Source of the DNA: Monocercomonoides exilis PA203
Taxonomy: Eukaryota; Protista; Preaxostyla
Reading direction: 5' to 3'
NCBI GenBank assembly: GCA_001643675.2
Contig: LSRY02000035.1
Coordinates: forward strand, 744,001-808,000
Length of the DNA: 64,000 nt
Shown piece after piece: positions 1-9,373 of the stretch; the first letter of the stretch is position 1, and every line of letters begins with the position of its first letter. Below the pieces are notes generated by a model, which made no database searches, was not told where the DNA came from, and saw nothing but the letters and a program-made list of their open reading frames with translations. The translations under genes and the position numbers were made by a program.

Positions 1-599
1 CCTTCTTGCTCCCTCCTTCTGCAAATGAACAGATAAAAATGTAAATCTTTTCCAGCTTTGCTTATTTGATCCTTCTAAATCAATAAATAAACAAAAATAA
101 AAAGAATATTAGCATTTGCAGATATAAAAAAAAAGATTTTCAAAAATAGATTTCAAATCTAAAAACAATATAAAAAGAAGACTTTTAAATGCACTGTTGC
201 CAAGATACTTCGCTTCTTAATACCGAAATAAGCTAAAGACGAATAAGACGAAAAGATCGTGTCCATTATAAATTTTTGTCATTCCCAAAAAATCCAAACA
301 ATAAGGACGAAGGATCGCAAAACAACAGCAATTTTAAAAAGACAAGGGTGTGCTTTTATTTTAATATTTTGCTCTTTTCAAACAAAACTCTTTTGTCACT
401 GAAACATTATTTCGCCATTTTGTTTTTTCTTTGTAATGTTGTTATCATTTCGCTTCATTTATTTAAAAAAATAAAAAAAAGTGATTATAAAAACAAAAAA
501 TAAATATTTTATATTTAGCAAAATAATTAAAAAGGAAAAAACAAAAAGGTAAGGTTTCAAAATGAATTTTTTCTCATTTCGCCAACCTTTTCTAAAGTA

Positions 600-1960
600 T
601 TTAGAAATTCTTTATTGCAATCAAAAACAATTCAATTCTTTCAATAAAGAAAATAAAATATTTCATGAAAGAAAACGATTTCATCTTCATATTTCTTTTT
701 TTTAATCTTTTCAAATGTCTTCTTATTATTGATTTCTTTTCACATCTTTCTTTTTATCATTCTCCTCCTCTTTCAATAACCATAAAATCAAATCCAAAAG
801 TCTGAAGAAGCCAAATACAGCTCGTTATCAAAAATTGGCTGATGAACATCCTTTAAAAAGGCAGAGATAACAACTCCTTTCACTAAGTCATCAATTTTCA
901 CTGTTCCGCAACCTATCGTGTTTGCAAAAGCATATTTCAATCGATTCTGAATTTATCTGTGATTATTCTTTACTGCTCAAAATATTTTCTCAACTCTTCT
1001 GATAAGCTAAGTGCATTCTTCGTTCCTCGATTCACAACAAAGAAAATTATCCATCACAACTTTAAGCAATCCATCAAAATAAGCTCTTTTTTTATTTCTT
1101 TTTCTCTCTTCTCTTCTTTCTCTCTTTTTTAATCCACATGCTTTTATGGATCTTCCAGTTCTCTTACTGCTTCTCTTGCAAAATGCAGTTCATTTGTGAT
1201 CACTTCTTCTTAGACTTCTTTGTGAAATCCATAAATCAAATAATCCCAAGCACACTGATAGGCAAGCTGAGTGAGATCACAATGATTCTGATGATTCTGA
1301 ATAATCTTTTTGATTTCATTGAAGAAACGTTCTTTTTCAAATAACTAATAAAAAAATGATAATGAAATTCAAAAATATCAAAAAGGAAATAGAAGTGCTT
1401 ATTAATGTCACTCAATGTTGCTCATAGCCAACAATGCAATTTCCACTTTCTTCTGAGCTTCTTCGGTCTTGTCTTTCTTCGAGGTAACCTTCAGAAGGCG
1501 AGGCACATAAATTGGTATCAATTCATCTGAAAGGATAGAAAAATTCAGCAAAGCAAAGCAATCGCAAAGATCAACAAAAAGCCTTCCGTTCTTTTCTTCC
1601 TTTTTTCTTCTTCAAAAATCATCTTTTGAATAAAATTTTTTCAATAATTATTCTTCAAAATCATCAACCCAAGCTTCTTTCGAAGCTTTGCAATATCCAG
1701 TGGGCTTCAACAAAAAAATGAATTTCCCGTTGATATTTTCTCTTCTTTAATCATTCTATCGATTTCGCTGTGAAGTTCTTTTGCAAAAACAGATTTCTAT
1801 TATTTCCTATCCATTTCCCACATCACTTCATTCATTTCATCGATTTACTGCATGATTTTTTTCATTGTTAAAACAATTCTCCAGCTTTGAAAATGATTCT
1901 TCAAAAAATAAAAAAGAAAGAAAGAAATTCACTCATCATAATACAAACGTAAGAACATTA
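600..1960 (-). pseudogene. Decayed copy of the alpha-helical gene family also present at 14852-16265 and 18513-19900
   Basis: Reverse-strand fragments match the family motifs seen in the other two copies (LLK-x-GYCK, LFVDLCD, VPRLLKVTSKKDKTEEAQKKVEIALLAMS, AYQ-x-AW, QPIFDNE). Many stops and frameshifts; boundaries approximate. Confidence 0.7.
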
Positions 1961-2304
1961 CGCACCTGCTATCTTTTCAGCTTTTTTCTTGGTCTGATTG
2001 TTAACAATGCAATTGTGGTAAGAAAGTTGTGCTATTTTCACATAAATATTGAATAAACATTTATTTGAATTCAATCATTCGAAAAGAAATAATTATTAGA
2101 CAATACCTCGAAAAAAAAACTTTTCCAACTTCATGAAACACATATGGATTTCTCACAAGATTATTAAACAAAGCAACGTAAATAACATGATCATATAATT
2201 ATGAGTTTCATTATTATAAAATTTTTTGATAAAAAAATAATGAATATTAGCTAAATGTTGAAAAAAATGATATCAGAAATATTGTTTGAAAATGTTTATT
2301 TTCT

Positions 2305-2387
2305 TTTTTTCTTTCTTTTTTTCTTTCTTTCTTTCTTTCTTTCTTTCTAACTTTTTTTCTATCTTTTTTTTTTTTTTTTTTTTTTTT
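2305..2387 (+). repeat. (TTTC)n tract followed by a T24 homopolymer
   Basis: Read directly; T run at 2364-2387. Confidence 0.9.
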
Positions 2388-3027
2388 GGAAGTGGAAAAG
2401 TGGTGACGGACGTGACGATTTTTGTTCCTTACGTCACACAGGGTTAGATTTGTTATATCATTTTTTCGAAAATTCGATTTTTTGTAATTTTGGATAGAAA
2501 AATCGATTTTTCATTGAAAACTTCACTCAAAATAATATGAAATGTGATGAAAATATTTCTTCATGATACCAAATACGATTTGAAGTGAATGAAAAATTGG
2601 TGAAAAAATCGGTTCATGGAATAATGTGACAACAAGCGAATATGATTTTATTCGATGTGATAATTTCCTGTTTTGATATCAACACCAGATCAGATTAAAT
2701 AATTAAAATCAGTCACTTTCCATTGTTGTTAATTGTCATATGTTAGCAATAGATTTTCTTTATTAACAATGGTTATTTCACATAAACCAATTTGACTTTT
2801 TTTTATTGGAAATGCCTTTTGAATTAATTACTTCAAGTTAATTTTCATTTGAAACAATTTTTTTGGGACTCATACTAAAAGTTGACTAACACTTCATTTC
2901 ATCCTTCTTTTCTCGAAGCATTTAAAAAACAAAAGTTTCTTTCATTCATCCCTTCTTCAACACATGCAAAATGAGAAAAATTAAATTTCCTTCAAAATGA
3001 CGAATTGCACAGGCACTCAACTGAACT

Positions 3028-4210
3028 TTGAGTTTTATCTTCCACATTCGAGCCGGATGCAAAAAAATATTATTGAAAAAAGAATATGTTGATATCTTGG
3101 AAACAGGAAAAACGAATCATGAAAATTTTGAACTATTAGAGAAAGAAAAAAAAGAAAATCACACCGAAAATACTTCAAGTCGCTGTTGCGAATGTTTACA
3201 AGAAAACGCATTCTCATTTTTTCATTCTTTTTTCATTAAAAGGCATTACGAGGAATTGATGGTCGTATCTTCAAACGTGAGAGAAGAAAAAAGAATCAAA
3301 ATATCGGAACAAAGAATTATAACCTGGAAAAATCATTTTGTTCAATATGTGTGGTAAATATTCTTTAATGATCTTTTGTGCTGATGAATCAGGTTATCAT
3401 GCCCATAAAGATACAACAAAGGTGAACTTAATAGTGGGAACAAATGAAAATCGTGAAATGGATCGCACGCTTGCGGACATAGGAGATAAAAGGATTTCAT
3501 TACTCCATAACATTTCGTTTAATGGAAATTTTGTTCATCCTTGTTTTCTAGTGCAAAAACCATTCAACATAAGATCTTTTCAGTCTCTTGGCTACCAAAT
3601 CGGAATTCTTGGTTGTGTGGAAATTGAAAAATCGTATTATTTCACAAAGAAGTTGTATGAAAACTGGATTGAGAAAGTTTTCATTCTTCATATCAACATC
3701 CAAAGAATGATTTTGCTTCATACACATGCACAGACAGCGTTGATGCTTGATAGCTGCCGAATTCACCTATCGGATAATATGTTGACTCAACTCGCTAATG
3801 AAAATATATTGCTTTTTGTTTTGCTTCCGAATACAACACATTCGCTGTAGTCATTGGATTTGTTGATTTTCTCTCTTTGGAAGCTTCGAATTCAACAGGT
3901 TAGGTCTGGTTCAACGCACGACAGCTCGGAACAACTTTTTTGGGTGGGAAATGAACGCAATATTGAAAGTTGTTTCATCAACAAATATTTTTTCTGCTTT
4001 TAAAGAAAGTGGACTTCTGAATGATTTTCACAAAACTGCTTCAATGGGCAGATCTTTGAAGAAAGCTTCAAAAAAGTGATCGAAATTGTGAAATTGGACA
4101 ATGAATCATTACCGCTTTCATGTACAAGAAAAACAAGACAAACAAAGGGAGGTGAATGGGAAATAATGAACATCGACAGAACGCCAGTTAATTTTGGGTT
4201 TCCGCAATAA
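3028..4210 (+). mobile_element. Decayed pogo/Tc1-mariner superfamily (DDE_1) transposase, DD35D spacing
   Basis: ORF 3338-3850 has CADESG, ISFNG, YFTKKLYENW, LMLDSCRIH and LLPNTTHSL*SLD (consensus LPPNTTHxLQPLD). There are 35 residues between the second and third Asp. In-frame TAG at 3848-3850, and the upstream ORF 3028-3357 is in another frame. Confidence 0.8.
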
Positions 4211-4619
4211 ACAACACTTGGCGGACAAGTGATATGTTCATGAGTTTTTTTCATCCGTATTTAATCGCTCATTTCAAAAAAAACATGGTTGATCCTTTTT
4301 GAAATGATTCTTTCGATCAAGTTTTGATCAATATTTTAATCTCAATTGGATTTTGAAAAAAATGAGTTGAATAAGGGAACACTTAGTGTTTATGATAATG
4401 CCATTGCAAAAACCAATTTCAAAAAATTTTTTTGAGATTAAATTTTGATCGAAACTCAAAAGAAAGTGTGATTTTCAAAAGGATCAGACACATCGTGAAG
4501 AAACAAAATATTCATCAAATTTTTGTTTTTCTAATTTTCAATTATTCAAAAAGAATTAACATTATACAAGAACAACGTATAACTGATTTCAAAAATGAAA
4601 TTTTAATGATGGATGACCT

Positions 4620-4990
4620 CAAATTTAAATTATCAAATAAATGATTCTTGCCCTTAAAAATAATAATAATTTACATGGCTAATTTATTTTTAAAACTTCC
4701 ATTTGTTTGATTTTCAAATAAAGTTCAAATTGTTTATTTCGATCAAATATCTGTTCACACTAACGAAACTTTTCTGAAATGGAAATAATTTCATTGTTCA
4801 TGTTCTGTTTCCATTTTGGTGAAGTTTTATAAGTGTGAACAGTAAATTGATGAAAATTTGAAATTTTTATTTTATTTGAAAATTAAACAAAAGGAAGTCT
4901 TCAAAAAATTAATTATCCATATAATTATTAAAAATACTATTTTTATTCCCTTTCAATATTCGTCAGTCTTGAGATATAATTTGCATTTGA
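4620..4990. repeat. Degenerate long inverted repeat (foldback)
   Basis: 4665-4785 aligns with the reverse complement of 4808-4929 (shared blocks atgg-taatt-attttt, acttcc-tttgttt-attttcaaataaa, ctgttcacact, aaatggaaa/tttccattt). Weaker similarity extends to ~4620/4990. Confidence 0.7.
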
Positions 4991-5235
4991 AAAAATGAAT
5001 GCATATTATCTAAATGAAATGAATTAAATGTTCCAAAACACAATCACAGTCGAATTAGCATTGTCAAACTGATGTCAAAATCCTTCACTTTCGGTTGAAT
5101 GAAGTTTGTAACTTTTATCATTTTTCTTTTTTGCAGAAAAAAAATGACATATGCAAAAAAAAAAAACAAAATACATTCTTTCTTTTTCCATTTTAAAAAC
5201 TATTCTGTTATCCTTTGATAAGCTTTTTTGGTTAA

Positions 5236-5412
<177 letters not shown>

Positions 5413-6069
5413 TAAATAACGACCCGAGGTTAATGTTTTTTCTTTTTTCCTTCCTCTTCTTTTTTTCATAAGTTATTATTATTTTTCTTTTTCAATTCGA
5501 TTTTTGAAAGGACAATGCTGTAAAATTATTTGAACATAAAGAATTATCTAATGAATATAGACTATTGACCAAATATCAATTTCGTTTGAGTGATAGAGCA
5601 TGTTTTCACTGATATTTTTGTTGATGAACAACATTATTATTATTTCATATATCGTAAAGATTAAGAAAAGAACACTTATTGCAAATACTGTTTAAAGAAT
5701 CAGCATTCTTCTTCAGTTGTTTAACTTGATGCTTTCATGATCAAACCTGTTCACTATGTTCCGATTTTCCCACATCTCCAACATTGCACGATCATTCTCT
5801 CAAATGTGTTTATTATCAGCCAAATATTTATTTATCATAATTTATTATGGGCGTTAACAAAGTTGAGTCATTTCTCATTTCATGAATTTGATTATCAAGT
5901 TTTTCAATCTGATTTTTCAAACTTGAGCTATTTGCATATTTCAAAACATTGATTCAATCTCATTCCATGTGATCTCTTGAATTTCGTTCACCATAGTTTG
6001 TGACTGATATGTGTTCGATTTATGCTTGTGTCGATCAGTGGAAACACAGACAATTGAACATCAAAAGGA

Positions 6070-7353
6070 ATGTTTCTGAAATTCGTTTTAATCCAAGTTG
6101 CGATGATGACTCACTCTCAAGATGCAGATGCAATTGGCTTGACAGAAACTTTCGTGAAGCAAAGTGGGAGTGAAAGCAGCAGTGGAGCATCAATCGATCA
6201 TGAAAAGAGTTCATTGAAAAGTGCCTATGATCTGCTTGGAGACAATGAAGAGTGCCATTTGATGGTGGTGGATGATGCTGCTGCGCTGACAGTCGAGCCA
6301 ATCACATTCAACAAGAGTCACGGAATAACCATTGAAGGAATAGAGAGCAACGGATACAGAAACACTGAAACAGCAATTGACTGCACTGTTTCAGCATCAT
6401 CAGTTTTGTTCAATTGTGCAAAACATGTTGAATTCAAGCATTTGGCATTCAACTTTCCAGTATCAAGATCAAACAAATACACAGTCATCAGTGCAGGATC
6501 TGATTCTATTTCATTGACAATCAGCGATTGTCGTTTTGTGAGGGTTAATGCCAAACAACAAAATGGAGCTGTTGCTAATGTCAACGGAGACAATCTGGTT
6601 GCGAACAATCTTGTGAGGGTCACAGCTGGGACAGCAACACTGAATGCAGTGACATGCAAAGATGACAAGGAAACAGTGACATTCTCGAATTCTCCATTCA
6701 GCTTCATTGGAGCAAGCGAAGTCTCATTGTTTGGAGTTGCAATCAGCAAGGTGAATGTGCTCAACGGAGCTGCAATCAACATCAAAGATCGGATTCACAA
6801 CCCAACAAAAGTTGTCATTGAGGGAATGAACATGACGGAAGTGAATTCAGAGGGAAGAACTGTGGGAGGTTTGCAAATATCTCTTGTATCTGAAGAGTCA
6901 ACAGCAGACATCGGAAGAAGCAGTAAATGCACATTTAAATCGTGCACAGCACCAAATGGAAAATCTGGGGCAATGTTTGTGAAAATGCCAGAGGCAATGT
7001 CTCACTTGAAACTTCCATTGGCAAACAATTTGGATATCGACAGATCAAACATTGCACGTTCAACAGCCACATCTTTATTCATTTCTGCACCAGATTACGA
7101 AGAGTTCAGAGATCAAGAAGATGCATTTGAGTTTGCCCAAGACAATTCCGATGAAGTTAATTTGGTCGATGGAGAAGATAGTGAATTCACAAAGGTTATC
7201 AAGCAAGTTATGAGTACGGGAACAGAGATTATGGATCAAGTGAAAAAATCAAATTCACCAGATTTTGTGGTGGATCTCATACACCTTATCGTTGGTGTTG
7301 TTATGGGAGCAATTATTATGATTGTCAGTTTCAAGACATGTTGCTGTTCTTAA
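6070..7353 (+). CDS. Single-exon type-I membrane/surface protein (427 aa)
   Basis: N-terminal hydrophobic signal-like segment, beta-strand-rich ectodomain with ISDCRF and CTFKSC motifs, C-terminal TM helix (LIHLIVGVVMGAIIMIVSF) and a short tail KTCCCS. Confidence 0.8.
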   Translation: MFLKFVLIQVAMMTHSQDADAIGLTETFVKQSGSESSSGASIDHEKSSLKSAYDLLGDNEECHLMVVDDAAALTVEPITFNKSHGITIEGIESNGYRNTETAIDCTVSASSVLFNCAKHVEFKHLAFNFPVSRSNKYTVISAGSDSISLTISDCRFVRVNAKQQNGAVANVNGDNLVANNLVRVTAGTATLNAVTCKDDKETVTFSNSPFSFIGASEVSLFGVAISKVNVLNGAAINIKDRIHNPTKVVIEGMNMTEVNSEGRTVGGLQISLVSEESTADIGRSSKCTFKSCTAPNGKSGAMFVKMPEAMSHLKLPLANNLDIDRSNIARSTATSLFISAPDYEEFRDQEDAFEFAQDNSDEVNLVDGEDSEFTKVIKQVMSTGTEIMDQVKKSNSPDFVVDLIHLIVGVVMGAIIMIVSFKTCCCS

Positions 7354-8380
7354 TGGAAAACTTGTAATGTTGTTATTTTCATGTGTCTTTAACAAGATAA
7401 CAACAAAAAACATCTCTTGAACACTCAACGAGATTTTCGACTATCACTCGTATTTATTGAAACGTTTCTCGTTTTCTTTTTTTCTTTTTCTTTTTCTTTT
7501 TCTTTTTCTTTTTCTTGTTTCATCAAATATGAAACATCATATATGATAAACGGAAAAGAAAGAATACTATTATTATTATTATTATCATTCTGCAGTGATT
7601 CAATATTAAAAATATTGAAAAAAGTTTCAACGTTTTTTTCAGACAGAGAAAACAACCAACCTTTTCTGTGATATTTAACTTGCTTGCAATTATCAGAATG
7701 ATTATCACTCCTAAGTTTGTCTCACAAAAAAAAGAAAACACACACCTGCCAAAATTTTTTCAAACGCTTTTGAGACATTTTGAAACGATTGGAATTCTTT
7801 TTTTGAAAATGAAAAATCAGAGGAATACATGTTGAAATTTCTGAAAATTTCTGAATGAAGAAAAAGATCATTCAGAAGTTAAAATGTGGAGAATGGAGAG
7901 GGAAAGGAAGAAAAAGGTGATGAAGAGGAACATGAACATTAAAATGATATATGATATTGTTTAAGAAAAATTCATATTCTAAAAAAGTTGGATGAAGAAA
8001 GTTGAAAAAATTGCAGCCAAAAAATGAGGGTTGAGCAATGATATGAAAATATCAGAATGATTTCTTAATAAAAGAAAAAAGTGGAGAAAGAAGAATGAAA
8101 TAGGCAAAGAACAGAAAAGACAGAAATCTGAATATCTCCAACAATCCAAACATGCATTCAATCTTGAAAGCGTTGAACAAATATCGTGGGAGAAAATGTT
8201 GATCCAAAAGTGAAAATATAAAACAGAAAGCATTTCTTTTGAGAAGAAACGAAAAATATGAAAGAGAATAAAAAACTTGAAAATAATGTTAGGTTTATTT
8301 GCCCACAAGGACGATTGAAGAAAAAAGAGACAATAATCAAAGAAAAAGAAGAAGAAAAAGAATATGGATTGAATCTGATG

Positions 8381-8486
8381 ATAAAAGTGCATTAGCACCT
8401 TTATTTTCAAGAAAAACATCCATTCAATTCCTTCTCTTTTATTTGAGATCACGATCTATGGGCCATCGCCACGATCGGATCAATGT
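8381..8486 (+). repeat. Left terminal region (5' extension 8381-8421 plus left ITR 8422-8486)
   Basis: 8422-8470 is the exact reverse complement of 12887-12935 (49 nt); 8477-8486 matches 12875-12884; 8381-8451 is the exact reverse complement of 12622-12692. Confidence 0.95.
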
Positions 8487-9373
8487 TGCAATCTTCGCAA
8501 TTCGCGACATTTCCTGGACTTACGCCGTCGACCGAAGCAGCCGGACTGCCAGGTGGGGCGCAAAGCCAGATGAACGTCCAATCGCAGCCGCAGCTCCTTT
8601 CTCCGCCGTTTATCAGCCAGCCGACAGGATCTTCAACACAGCCTTCAGATAAAGAAAAGAGCAGACGAGAAGAAGAAGAAGACATGTACGAAGCTGCAGC
8701 ATCTGTTTTTGTAGAAGTTTTTGGACAGGATCCCGTTAAATCTTTACTCGACATTCAGATACCTATTTTTTCAGTTGAAAGAATTCAACAGGAATATTCA
8801 TTACACGATTTAAGCCCCTTATTGCCTCCAAAGCCTCCGCCAGCTACAAAATCCAAGAACTGGTTCAACGATGCTCTAGACAATGCAGGATATAAACAGG
8901 AAACGTGCCTATGTCAAGCTTTCAAAGCCGTAATGTTTTGCTTAGCCGAAATAGATTCCAACAAAGAGAGCGCACGACAGAGAGCTTCAGATGCGCTTGT
9001 CCTCACGGCAAAAGCGTTCCAGGAGGCCAGAAATACAAGAATTCAAGGGCGATTCGGGTTTAAAGCAGCGGAAAAAATGAGAGCGGAAGCGGCGGCTGGA
9101 CTGTTGACAGCGAGACAAGAACAGATCCTGAAAGAATCGGAGCTAGAAACTGATTTGGCTAGTGCGCGAAGGAGATATAGGAGTTTTGAAGCAATGCTTG
9201 AGGCGAAGAAGGAAAAAAGGGATTTTTATGAAGCCAGTCCAGTTAAGGCGCCGTCAAAAGGAGGAGCAGGTCAGAAGTTTTTTCGTTACAGGCCCCGCTC
9301 TTTCTCAGGAAGGAGAAGCTATGGAAGCCGAACAAAAGCAGCAGGATGGGCCAGTCGGAGTCGGGGTCTCTAA
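8483..9373 (+). CDS. DIRS ORF1, gag-like protein (296 aa)
   Basis: First ORF of the element; Pro/Gln/Ser-rich N-terminus, helical core and basic Arg/Ser/Gly tail. Assigned by position; no diagnostic motif seen. Confidence 0.75.
   Translation: MLQSSQFATFPGLTPSTEAAGLPGGAQSQMNVQSQPQLLSPPFISQPTGSSTQPSDKEKSRREEEEDMYEAAASVFVEVFGQDPVKSLLDIQIPIFSVERIQQEYSLHDLSPLLPPKPPPATKSKNWFNDALDNAGYKQETCLCQAFKAVMFCLAEIDSNKESARQRASDALVLTAKAFQEARNTRIQGRFGFKAAEKMRAEAAAGLLTARQEQILKESELETDLASARRRYRSFEAMLEAKKEKRDFYEASPVKAPSKGGAGQKFFRYRPRSFSGRRSYGSRTKAAGWASRSRGL

Noticed and set aside
3848-3850. TAG at a conserved Gln position (and in-frame TAA at 15820-15822), suggesting TAR=Gln recoding as in Streblomastix or hexamitids
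   Set aside because: Intact genes end in TAA/TAG (UBA1, EHD, VPS13), and the 21.9-kb exon has no in-frame TAR. Both cases lie in otherwise damaged sequences and are single-base changes (CAG>TAG, probably TTA>TAA).
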